DNA of 64,000 nt, taken from NCBI GenBank assembly GCA_002269645.1, contig NIVC01003350.1:1-64000 (forward strand), in the 5' to 3' direction. Below the pieces are notes generated by a model. It made no database searches. It worked only from the letters and a program-made list of their open reading frames with translations, and was not told the origin of the DNA. The position numbers and the translations under genes are program-made. Source of the stretch: Macrostomum lignano (Eukaryota). Each line of letters opens with the position of its first letter. Position 1 is the stretch's first letter. Below are positions 36,145 to 48,500 of this stretch, piece by piece.

Positions 36145-37469
36145 CTATGGCAGATATACAGAACAAAAACCATCGTAAGTGGGAATAAAAATTTGCGACC
36201 CCAATAAAAATAATGAAGTAAGTAAGAAGGCAGAACGAAATGCTAGTAGCCAAAGCCATAGCCATAGCCATAGCCATAGCCATAGCCATAGCCATAGCCA
36301 TAGCCATAGCCATAGCCATAGCCATAGCCATAGCCATAGCCATAGCCATAGCCATAGCCATAGCCAACATACTCGTACCAGCGCAAATTCAAGTCACACA
36401 CAAAAGAAACCGCATTACAACAGTTATGACAAGCGAATCAAATATATAATGAAAGAATAAAGTACATGCTGACATCTTACCCAAACTCCTACCTGATATC
36501 CACATCTCCTTGAAAGTTTTCGATGCTTGAGAATTTCCGAAGCAAACTGAATCACTGTGAGCTCACCCATCAGCTGGAAGAATCGAATCTCGCAGATGGT
36601 CAGGACCACTCCTGTCAGGGTCTGAACCCGCAGCACTCTGCCGGTGAGACCGCAGCTCACATTGAAGACGGACTCGGGGGTCTCCGTAAAGTAGCTGGCG
36701 CACTGAACTCCGTCCATCAGCAGCTGGAAGTTCGCCAGTCTCTCCGGGCAGCAGTCGGCTCGATTCCATAGTGTGACGAAGTCGACTCGAGCTGGGGAGC
36801 CGAACTCGGCCTGCCACCAGGCTGCCGGGTCTGACCTGTTGGTAGCTGAGCAGCTGTCAGAGTTCCAGTACTGCGCTGTGCTGCCGTCGATGGCCCTGCC
36901 GCAGGGGGCGACAAGCGAATGTTCAGAGCTCTGTTGGCAGGAGTCTGGCATCAGCGGCTGCACAACTGGCTGCGTCATCAGTTGCGGCCTGAAATCGACA
37001 ATTGACAATTGGCTTCTTCTGACTGGCAGGGTTTGCATTTGAGATCTCGGAAACAAAAGGTCACAGATTCGAACCCGCGTCGCTTTGGCCACATGACGTT
37101 TGACGCACAGAATTGCTTTGATGAAGACAAACGGATAACTGAGATAAAAAACAGAGTATGTACATGAAAGATGCAAAATTTGCGCCTGTGCACGAAGGAA
37201 TTGTAAATATGGGTGCTCAGGGGGCAGCCGAATGACGTGCCTAAATAGGAAATAGCCTAACCAGCAGTTGTCTGACTGTCACCAGAAGTTGCAACCTGTA
37301 CCACTTTTTTTAAATTTGTTACTACGTGAATAAACCCCATGAAAAGCGGCCAGAACAATCCTACTAATGCAGATTTTACATCTCAGCAAACACTTGGCAT
37401 GCACAGGTCACACACTTGTGGCACTCACCAAACAGCTGGTAGTATTAAAGCAATCAATGTAAACTTCAT
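36145..37469 (-). CDS. F-type lectin gene 2, with signal peptide; the predicted tail contains an expanded (Trp-Leu)n repeat
   Basis: Exons 37469-37429 ([14 protein letters not shown]) and 36988-36567 (FTP domain, near-identical to gene 1), then a putative 12-nt micro-exon 36492-36481 and a putative last exon 36371-36145. The first two exons are solid; the 3' exons are tentative. Confidence 0.8.
36255..36366. repeat. Hexamer microsatellite (GCCATA)n, about 18 copies
   Basis: Perfect array. Confidence 0.97.
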
Positions 37470-37711
37470 TTGATTTGAAATTACCTAAGCAAGATTAAAA
37501 ATCTAAACTCAATCTCACGAGAAATTCATTATCACACTGAGCAGTGCAGTGAATATATATATCCGTTCGATTGAGAAGATGAGCCACTTGCAGCTCAGCT
37601 CTCTTCGCTGGTGCTGATTGGTCCGGGGTGCGGTAAGTCCTGTAAAACAGCTTGTAGTTTGAAGTTCGCTTTGCTACCCATGAGTAGCAACCGAATTCTT
37701 TCAGCAATGAT

Positions 37712-38424
37712 ACCAAATCGTGATTAAAATCATGTAATCATGTAAAACCGTGATTAAAATCATGTAATCATGTAAAATCGTGATTAAAATCGTGTAATCA
37801 TTTAAAATCGTGATTAAAATCATGTAATCATGTGAAATCATGATTAAAATCGTGTAATAATGTAAAATCGTGATTAAAATCATGTAATAATGTAAAATCG
37901 TGATTAAAATCATGTAATCATATGTGAAATCGTGAATAAAATCATGTAATCATGTGAAATCGTGATTAAAATCATGTAATCATGTGAAATCATGATTAAA
38001 ATCGTGTAATAATGTAAAATCGTGATTAAAATCATGTAATCATGTGAAATCGTGATTAAAATCATGTAATCATGTGAAATCGTGATTAAAATCATGTAAT
38101 CATGTGAAATCGTGATTAAAATCATGTAATCATGTGAAATCGTGATTAAAATCATGTAATCATGTGAAATCGTGATTAAAATCATGTAATCATATGTGAA
38201 ATCGTGATTAAAATCATGTAATCATATGTAAAATCGTGATTAAAATCATGTAATCATGTGAAATCGTGATTGAAATCATGTAATCATATGTGAAATCGTG
38301 ATTAAAATCATGTAATCATATGTAAAATCGTGATTAAAATCATGTAATCATGTGAAATCGTGATTGAAATCATGTGTTCATATAAAATCGTGATTAAAAT
38401 CATGTAATCATGTGAAATCGTGAA
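37712..38424. repeat. 30-bp minisatellite (AAATCGTGATTAAAATCATGTAATCATGTG)n
   Basis: Tandem copies; gives the MILITISHDY pseudo-ORFs. Confidence 0.95.
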
Positions 38425-39126
38425 TCCATTATTTTACGACCTAATTTTTGTCAGCCACAGACGATACGATTGTGGGATACAATCGCTTTCAGAAAATTAG
38501 TTTGATCTACTCAAAATAAGTGTCAAAATGAGTGTCATGGACTCAAATAGAGTGACAAGTAAAAAGTATTTTCCAGTGACTGATGAATTTACGCCATTCT
38601 AATAACAAGTTGTCTTTGGAAGGTGAAGCCTAATCACTGCACGAATTAAAAAAGTTCAAGACTCACATTAATAACTATTATCATGTTAATAAAGAATAGT
38701 ACACCCGAATTAATACACCTATGAATATGCTAAAATACATAAGCTGCTGGCATGCATGTCATGCTGACGTACATGAAAGCTTTGATGCACTTCTAACAGC
38801 ACCCAAAACGACTGCTCACCTGAACCTTACCCGTCAAGAGGTTCTGGAGCCAAATGAAATGCAAGCAGATGAACCTCCATAAACTCACCATCAGTCTGAG
38901 TTCGCAGGGAGTGGCTTAAGTAGTCTTTTAGGCGAACACCAGGAGTACACAGGTGACGTCACTGCTATACCTTCGATTTGTGCGATTTAAGCTGGTGGAC
39001 TCAGCTGTGTTTTAACCAGCTTCTTAAAGAGAATTAAACAGCTGAGATTCTTTGTTTAATGATCTCCGTGTTTCTTATTCAAAGTTATAATGAAAAGCTT
39101 GATAATCTGCAACTAGAGCGACTCAC

Positions 39127-40801
39127 CCGTCAGCTGGAAGAATCGAATCTCGCAGATGGTCAGGACCGATCCAGTCCGAGTCTGAACCCCCAGCACTCTG
39201 CCGCTGAGGCCGCAGCTCACATTGAAGACGGACTCGGGAGTCTCTGTGGAGTAGCTGGCGCACTGAACTCCGTCCATCAGCAGCTGGAAGTTCGCCAGCC
39301 TCTCCGGGCAGCAGTCGGCTCGATTCCACAGTGTGACGAAGTCGACTTGAGCTGGGGAGCTGAACTCGGCCTGCCACCAGGCTGCCGGGTCTGAGACGCT
39401 GGAGTGTGAGCAGCTGTCAGAGCTCCAGTACTGCGCTGTGTTGCCGTCGATGGCCCCGTCGCAGCGGATGTTGGCCCGGTATTGAGAGCTCTGCTGGCAG
39501 GACGCGGGGCTCAGTGCGATCGGCTGGACCTCAGCCCGAGCTGTCTGCCTGCCTCAGCCTCAGCCCGAATCGAACCCGCCACTGCCCATAGCAGCAGCCT
39601 GCAACAGTTTGAGCGAGGACTTCCAGTTCCGGTAGATGTACACCCACCGGCCAATCACAATCGTGTAGAAGTTTTCGAGTGCACTGGTCATATACAGTAC
39701 TGCATGTAGGCTCACATGTGAGTTGGTTCACATAAAGTTTGTGAAGCTTATGAAACTTATGAAACACACGAAATCGAATGAAGTTTATAAGTGCACACAT
39801 TGTCGGACATCTTACTACAGTGAATTGCAGGTTGGTTCTCTCATTAGTTGGCGTTACAGCGACTTGCTTATTCATTTCTTAGTTCATCTGCACTTGTTTG
39901 TTTACTCTGTTTTCTCTCCCTCTGTCCGGTTCAGTCTTGTTATCTCTCTCTCCCTCGCTGCCTCTGATTGGCTCCTCAATCTCGCCTCTTTCCTCAGTCG
40001 CGCACTCCACCCCTACTCCCTACTTTTCTCATCTGCTCTTGTCTCCAATTTATTGCCTTATAAATATACCCGTTTGGGCCTGCCTGCGTCCGACTTAACT
40101 TGTTTGTTTTCAAATAAGGTAATTACATGTAATAGCTGCTCTGGTTCCAATGGTAAGAGCTACGTAAGATGCATAAATCGGCCATTATCCAGTGTCCCTT
40201 CAAAATATAAAACTCTCAGTATCGAGTCACTGCACCTCACTGACTCACTCCACCTCTCACTGTTTCACTAAACCTCTCATTTCACTCCACCTCTCACTGT
40301 TTCACTAAACCTCTCATTTCACTCCACCTCTCACTGTTTCACTAAACCCCTCATTTCACTCCACCTCTCACTGTTTCACTAAACCCCTCATTTCACTCCA
40401 CCTCTCACTGTTTCACTAAACCCCTCATTTCACTCCACCTCTCACTGTTTCACTAAACCCCTCATTTCACTCCACCTCTCACTGTTTCACTAAACCCCTC
40501 ATTTCACTCCACCTCTCACTGTTTCACTAAACCCCTCATTTCACTCCACCTCTCACTGACTCACTCCACCTCTCACTGTCCCACTCCAACTCTCACTGAC
40601 TCACTCCACCTCTCACTGTCCCACTCCAAATCTCACTGACTCACTCTACATCTCACAGTTCCACACTACCTCTCACTGTCCCACTCTACCTCTTACTGTC
40701 CCACCACTATAACTCTCGCTTACTCCAATTCCTACAGAAATCAAAACAGCAACCTGAACAGCAGACACTTACCAGCATGCAGTGAATTTTGCAGCAAGCA
40801 T
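39127..40801 (-). CDS. F-type lectin gene 3 (retains the fucose-binding His); apparent 1-nt frameshift after the signal peptide; 3' end unresolved
   Basis: Putative exon 40801-40773 (MLAAKFTACW|gtaagt) and exon 39598-39127: LLLWAVAGSIRAEAEAG, a frame change near 39545, then [41 protein letters not shown]|gtgag. Confidence 0.72.
40245..40700. repeat. 37-bp minisatellite followed by a related 20-bp repeat, in lectin gene 3 intron 1
   Basis: (TGTTTCACTAAACCCCTCATTTCACTCCACCTCTCAC)n followed by (CTCACTCCACCTCTCACTGA)-like units. Confidence 0.9.
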
Positions 40802-41624
40802 CAGTCCGACAGAGTACCTTATTGAACACTGCTGCAGCGCCGGCATATAAGAACCCAAGGCCCAGATTGCCAGCCAATGAGGCTTCAGCAGCAGAAACTA
40901 AAGAAAGCCAGCTGAACTCAGCAAGCAAAAGCAATTGAAATTGGAAACTATTAATTTATATTTACAGTCGCGTAAACAAATTAAAAAATAGTTGACAATA
41001 GAAATAAATAATAAGTTGTTGATCAGTAGAATTAAAGCTAATGAAATTTCCAACTGTCTTTAACCTCTATGTACAGGTAAATTATTAAAAAATTAATTCG
41101 CGCAGCAGAAGTGCTTAGAGAGAAAAAATGTAAAAAATGAAGAAAATATTAAAAATGTTAAAGTATGATAGATGAACAACCAGCATCTGCTCAGATTTCG
41201 CATTAGGTCTACAACGCCTGATCCTGACCACTGAAGCAAATGAAATAGAATAGATGTTAACACCGAATCTTGAAGCAAAAAGTTACAATGAACTGCTAGA
41301 CAAGGTTAATAAAAATCAGTCCATGCAGCCGGTTGCCATGGTGATTCGGTAGGCAATAAACACGGGGAACAAGCATAGCTCATACATTTATATTTATCAG
41401 TAATACTAAGAATTCAATCCGAGTGGAGACAGGGATGCTCAAGCAGTTTGCTGAACTGGCTACACAGCAATTCAAGATTTTCATTCAATGCAACCGGTAG
41501 AAAAAAGTATGGGAACTGAGTTGCTCAGTTAATAGAAGATGAAGATATTTCATGCGGTGCTGACACGGACTGTTATGTACAGGCTGAAAGGGACATTGTC
41601 ATGCGAGCAGGGAGGTAGGGAGGT

Positions 41625-41662
41625 AGACAGACCGGCAGACACACACACAGACAGACAGACAC

Positions 41663-41717
<55 letters not shown>

Positions 41718-41718
41718 G
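41625..41718. repeat. (GACA)n microsatellite 3' of the RXR stop; a second (GACA)n lies in RXR intron 1 at 42880-42933
   Basis: Visible tetranucleotide runs. Confidence 0.9.
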
Positions 41719-41730
41719 CAGTCGGGAAGC

Positions 41731-42897
41731 TCAAGGCTCGGCGAGCATCTCGGCCAGGAAGGAGTCCTCGGGAGTCTGGCCCACCAGCTGGAAGAAGAAC
41801 AAGTGCTCCAGGGTCTTTAGGCCGATGCTGCGCAGAGCCGGCAGCCGTAGCAGTAGCCTGGAGAAGCGGCCGGATTCGTCCGGGTAGGCGTTCCGGCAGT
41901 ACTCCTCCAGAGCCAAGTAGAGCTTGTCGCGCACCTGACCAAGCGGATGAGGTCGACCAAAGCAAAGAATTGATAATGAGTTGGGATAATCGTAAATCAA
42001 CTTATTCTTCCTTATTATTCCTAAGGAGGTCAGACTCAACCCGAGGGGCAGTGGAGCTAGTCCTATATACTAAATGCAATCAGAAAGCTCAGCTCTCATT
42101 TAGCCCGAGGGGGGGGCAGTGGAGCTAGTCCTATATACTAAATGCAATCAGAAAGCTCAGCTCTCATTTAACCCGAGGGGGGGCTATATATGAGGTGCTA
42201 CTATACATCAAACGATGCTCTTTTAATAAGACTGATAATTTAGGGTACACTAGGGGGGGTACTTAGTACCCTGCTCGAGCCACCCATCTTAATGCAGCCA
42301 CCGAAAGCGATAGGCAACTAAACTTGAGCTCCACAGTTAGCCGTGCTGTGATAGGGTAGCATCTCTGAGCTGCGATAGAAAGACAGGGTGCGATTAAAAC
42401 GAATATCACAACACCGAGTAAAAAACAAAGTACATTTTCTAGTTAAATAATAAAAGTGCGAACCCACCTGTTCCACCAGCGGCCTGGCCGTGAGCGACCT
42501 AGCGTCGGAGTTGAACAGCACGATGGCTTTGAGGCAGCCCAGCTCGGTCCGGTCCATCCGCATCTCGCGCATTTTTTGCACCAGCTCCACCAGGATCCTG
42601 TCAAAGATGGCGCCGACTCCGTGCTCTTTGGCCACCTCGCGATGCACGTGGAAACCTGTGGCCAGCAGGATGCCGTTGCTCACCACCGTGCTGCGATAAG
42701 AAAACGACGCAATCAGCAGTTCGTTCCAACTGCTCTTGATCAGCACCACCTGGTCTTCTAGGGGCAGCTCGCAGAAATGCGGCAGCTGCTTGGCCCAGTT
42801 CACCAGCGCCATCAGCTGCTTGTCGGCCGCCTGGCAGATGCGGCTCACCTGGACAGGTGGGGAGACGGCCGGTTAGTAGAAAGACAGACAGGCAGGC

Positions 42898-42933
<36 letters not shown>

Positions 42934-43519
42934 TCACCGGGTTGTCCGTGGCGTCCACATAGGAAGACATGGGCGGCTCCAGCGCCAGCTCGGCATTGAG
43001 AATTTTCTGCACGTCGATGCCGTGCTCGCCATTGGCGGCGCCGGCGCCGGCAGCCGGGGCGCCGACACCAGAGGCGCCTCCGACCGACGCCGGCGTGTTC
43101 GGATCGCCGAAACTCAGACCGCCGGCGCCGCCGCCGCTGCTGGCGGGAGACCCGACGGTGGCGCTGAAACCCGTGGAGGCGGCGGCGCCCCCCGGCACAG
43201 CGGCGGCTGCAGCGGCGGCAGCCTCTTCGCGCTCCTTGGCGCGCTGACGCTCCTCCTGAACGGCCTCGCGCTTCATGCCCATGGCCAGGCACTTCATGTA
43301 GCGGCAGTATTGGCAGCGGTTCCGCTGCCGCTTGTCTATGCAGCAGCGGCGCTCGTCCCGGCAGGTGTACTTCAAATCCTTGCGCACCGTCCGCTTGAAG
43401 AAGCCTTTGCAGCCCTCGCAGGAGTACACCGAGTAGTGCTTGCCGGAGGCGCGGTCGCCGCATATGGCGCACAAATTCTTAGTGAAGGTGGAGCTCACCT
43501 CCAGAGTGCTTGAGAACAT
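41731..43519 (-). CDS. RXR: Retinoid X receptor (NR2B) ortholog
   Basis: Phase-0 exons 43519-42938, 42848-42468, 41934-41731. [55 protein letters not shown]; LBD DNP|[53 protein letters not shown]. An additional 5' exon is possible. Confidence 0.95.
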
Positions 43520-44309
43520 AGTCTAGCGATTAGTTTGGTGGCTATTGGGAAAGTGCCATGAAGGACAGAAATCAAATTCGATGTTTTTCACACCCAAAAG
43601 AATTATTCACATAGTCTATTTACACTACTATACTAGAAGAGAAAGAGTAGTATGATTATTAACCTATTTATACTACTGTACAAATATTTAAGTAGCAAGT
43701 AGTGTAAATGTCTATCTAAAAAAGTTGGGTCAAAGTAAGGTCATTAAAAATGGATGAAAGAAAGGAAAAAAGCCGCTAATCTTTTATTTTATTTAAGGCA
43801 CGCGGAATTCGGTCGGCATAGAGAACTGGAATGAAATAGCACAAGTACGTAGTTCATAGCGCAACTAAAATCGACAGCAGATTTAAAATACAATTGGAAT
43901 TAACACTAGAATCAGATAAGGACTGCCCAGCTCTAGTCTGGAAGCGCTTATGTATGAATAAATAAACAATAAAACCGGTTTGACTAAACACTGCTTTTAG
44001 AAGAAATTGGACAACGGCTCTACTCAAAACAGCAATCAGAGTGAAGCATTAACTCATTGTTTGCTGTTTTATTGAAACAAAATGCGCAACCTAGTAAGCA
44101 CAGGCTGACACGAAAAAACTATTGATCCACAAGAATTCAAACAACTTTTACAAAAAGGGCTACAGGGTACTTTTAAATATAAAAATCTAGGAAAAACTGC
44201 TGAGGACATGGAAGACATTATTAGATAGACTAATAATGGACTGACAAAACAATGCCTTGTCGTAAAACTTCCAGCCATAAATGTCTCGGTACGTATTGAT
44301 AATCAAAGT

Positions 44310-44480
44310 TAATATTTCGATACATATCGGCTACGGAATTTACATAGTTTCGATACATATCGGCTATTAAATTTATATTTTCGATGCCTATCGGCTACTC
44401 AATTTATATAGTTTCGCTACATATCGGCTACTCAATTTATATAGCTTCGATACATATCGGCTATTGTATTTATAGTTTTT
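44310..44480. repeat. About 33-bp degenerate tandem repeat (TTTCGATACATATCGGCTAC...)
   Basis: About 5 copies between RXR and the PPM1H 3' end. Confidence 0.8.
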
Positions 44481-44807
44481 CTACAAAGGCATGACATCAA
44501 TCTACTGGTAGTATACCATATGGGATATATTGATATATAAAATACTAAAAATGTAGCATTAAAATACGAAATGAAAAAATTAAATTGTTCCATAAACGGG
44601 GTTACAAATAAGATTCGTTAAAAAATTAACGGACAAGCAGACAGACAGAACGCGCAGCACCATAAATGAATAAAAAGAAAAAAGAGCACAGAACAATGAG
44701 ATGCTACGGAATTTATTATTGAAAGCCAGCTTGTCTCATGGAAATCAAGTTTTTTTCAATTAAACAGTTAAATAATTTTCGACACATATCGCCTGATCCT
44801 AACGGTT

Positions 44808-45496
44808 TCAGTTGTCGCCATCAGCCGAAGGAACTTCAGCTGGCGTAGGCGGCTTGCTGAGCCAGCCAAGCGGAATCACAAAGCAGGAGATGTCGTCCAG
44901 AGAGGCTGGGGGCTCTTTCGCGGTGCCATTCGCAGCTTCCTTTGCCTGGCTATCGTCGGGTGCGGCGGTGGCATCGCTGATGGTGAGTCGCCAGAAGCCG
45001 CCGCTCTGTCGACTGTCGGGAGTTTGAGAGCCGCGCTGCCAGGTGCCCCGGGCCGCGCCAACCAGAGCTTGTGCGGCGATGACGCACCTGCCAAGTGGCA
45101 GCAGCAGTAGTAGTATTGTGCGGGTACAATGGTACGTGTGCTAGGAAATATTATTCTGGACGAACCCATCATGCACTTTTTCAATAATCCAGAGTAGGCA
45201 ATAAGCATACTTATACTCAGCATAACTGTAGAGTATAAGAATTCCACTGTGTCAGGGTAATTACAGAGCAGACCAGCTCAATAAGTAATTGGCAGAATCT
45301 GTCAAGCGCGGGAGCCGAAATTTGCTGTGCCAGACGGTCTAATTGGTGTTGCGATGGCGTGGACTGGCTGGCCTTAAAGTGCACGCCTTTTAGATAGATA
45401 GATAGATAGATGGATGGATGGATAGATAGAAAGACGGATAGATAGATGGATAGATAGATAGATAGATAGATGGATAGATAGATAGATAGATAGATG

Positions 45497-45591
<95 letters not shown>

Positions 45592-48500
45592 GGATAGATA
45601 GATAGATAGACAGATAGATAGATAGATAGATAGATAGATGGATAGATAGATACATACATAGATAGATAGATACATAGATAGATGGATGGATAGATAGATA
45701 AATATTAGGGTGATCCAAAAGTTTCCAGAATTTTTTAGAATCCAACTTTTAGTTAATTTTTGTCTATGGAAAAGCTTAAAAGCAGCAACCATCTACTATG
45801 CTGTTGGCCAGCCTTATCATCACTCTTTAGCTTAACATTGCTCAGTTTCCCAGACCCTGCCTACATAAGCCAGCAAACGCATCCAATGGAACTGCCAAGA
45901 ACTGAATGGCGAGCAATTCTGCTCAACCACTTTCATGCGGGACGCAACGCAGCAGAGGCACATCGCGAGTTGTTGCAGCTGATGGGCCCACATGCACCCT
46001 CCAAGTCGTCGGTGTACGAGTGGTTCTCTCGCTTTGCTGAGGAGAACTATGAGCTGAAGGACAAGCCGAGGTCAGGCCGACCCCCTGCTGCTGATGGCGA
46101 TGCCGTTCTCCAAGCCCTTGAGGACAATCCAGACTACAGCGTGCGCAAGCTGTCAGCCGCTACTCGGGTGTTCTATGGCACGGTCCGGCGGAGCCTGCAT
46201 GCTGCGGACAAGGTGCCGAAGGAGCCAACTCTGGTGCCCCATGAGCTGACGCCTCAGCAGCTGAGAGCCAGGGTGGATGTGGCAACTTCGAATCTTCGCC
46301 AGGCCGGTTCGCCAAACTTTCTCAAGTCGATAATCGCTCAAGACGAGAAGTGGGTCTGCTATGAGAACCCAAGCACATCAGCCGTCTGGGTCGATGCTTA
46401 GAAGAACCACCCAGCCAGCTGCCAAATGCGGAACCGCCACTGCGCAAGGAGCTGCTCTCTTTCTGGTTCTGCTCGTCTGGCCCTGTTTTCTGGGAGGTCA
46501 TCCCGCATGGCATGGCTGTGAACGCGGAGGTGATCTGCAGCGAACTGGAGCAGGTCACCCGTTTGCTGCGATCCGTGTGCCCGGGACACCGCGACAAAGT
46601 GCTCCTCTTCGACAATGCGCGGCCTCACAAAGCAAGACTCACCCAGGCCAAGCTGGCAAGCCTGGGCTTCAGTGTTTTGCCCCACCCACCATATTCGCCA
46701 GACCTCTCGCCATGCGACTACCATGTGTTCAGGTCTCTCCAGAGCTTTTGTGATGGACAGCGGTTCGCCAACAAGCAACATGTGGAGCAGGCAGTGCAGA
46801 AATGGATTGATTCAAAGCCTGCGAGCTTCTGGAGGGAGGGGATTGAGGCATTGCCAGCAAGATGGGAGAGGGTCAGGGCCTTGAATGGCAACTACATCAC
46901 ATCGCTGTAAACTGTTTGTTCTTGACACTATTTGTTATAGTTTTAAATTGTTCAAATTCCGGAAACTTTTGGCTCACCCTAATAGATGGTTAGATAGATA
47001 GACAGATAGAGGATAGATAATGGATAGATAGATAGATGGATAAATAGATAGACAGATAGATAGATAGACAGAACTCAAAATCTCACCTATTACTAGTAGA
47101 CTGACTAACAGCGTCCTTGACAACAGCCTCAGCCGCTTCGTTGCTTAGCACATCCCACAGACCGTCGGTTGCCATGACAACAAAATCGTCGGCGCCCATG
47201 CAGTCGCGCAGCGGCACAACCTGCGGCACGCAGCTCAGGAACGGCTTCACTGCGATACTGCTGTCGGACACGAGCAGGTCGTGATCGCCGAACCCCCTGG
47301 CAACGCCAATGGTTGCTAGGAGACGGGACTGGAGATTATTTAAAATTAAATTAAAAGAGAAAACGTTTCAACGGTTCTGCTTTTAATTAAGGTTTCAGTT
47401 TGTTTAAGTTGGGTTTAGGTTGAGCTCTAGGTTGGGCTTGGGGTTTAGGTTTTCAGTTTAGGTTAGGGTTTGAGCTGAGGTCTAGGTTAGGGTTTGGGGT
47501 TGGGGTTTAGGTAAGTAAGTTTTTTGGGTTTAGGTCTTGGGGTTTAGTTTGAGGTTTGGGTTTAGGTTGTAGGCAGAGACCAGAGAAGTCAGTGCCTTCA
47601 AACAATTTAGGCCTGTTTCCCGCAAGCTTGAAGCAGAGAAGCCAAGAAAATGCTGGGTAAAAAGCAAGGCCGGTGCATTCGGTACATTCACAGGGAAGAC
47701 TTAAATTCAAGACAGAACTGCTACATCAAGAATTGCACTAGTGATCGATACATTTGGGGCTGCAGTTCGCATATAATTGTAATCAATTTTGCAATTCTCC
47801 TGAGGCCAATCAAGTGCAAATTAGCAGCTATAGTGGACATGCATAACAAACTTCTTCTTCTCTTCAATAAGGGACGGAACTGCACTAGATGGGCTGGAAC
47901 TGGCACTAGATGGGGCGGAACTGGCACTAGATGGGCTGGAACTGGCACTAGATGGGCTGGAACTGGCACTAGATGGGGCGGAACTGGCACTAGATGGGGC
48001 GGAACTGGCACTAGATGGGGCAGAACTGGCACTAGATGGGCTGGAACTGGCACTAGATGGGGCGGAACTGGCACTAGATGGGCTGGAACTGGCACTAGAT
48101 GGGCTGGAACTGGCACTAGATGGGCTGGAACTGGCACTAGATGGGCCGGAACTGGCACTAGATGGGCTGGAACTGGCACTAGATGGGCTGGAACTGGCAC
48201 TAGATGGGCTGGAACTGGCACTAGATGGGCTGGAACTGGCACTAGATGGGCCGGAACTGGCACTAGATGGGCTGGAACTGGCACTAGATGGGGCGGAACT
48301 GGCACTAGATGGGCTGGAACTGGCACTAGATGGGCTGGAACTGGCACTAGATGGGCTGGAACTGGCACTAGATGGGCTGGAACTGGCACTAGATGGGCTG
48401 GAACTGGCACTAGATGGGCCGGAACTGGCACTAGATGGGCTGGAACTGGCACTAGATGGGCTGGAACTGGCACTAGATGGGCTGGAACTGGCACTAGATG

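Noticed and set aside
40707-40934. 75-aa Cys-rich ORF resembling a secreted toxin
   Set aside because: It is better explained as the promoter, first exon and donor of lectin gene 3 read in another frame.
45217-45792. YLSI-repeat ORFs
   Set aside because: They are translations of the (GATA)n microsatellite.
47400-47570. Telomere-like G-rich tract
   Set aside because: It consists of degenerate GGTTT(A/G)GG repeats in an intron with very few exact TTAGGG units.
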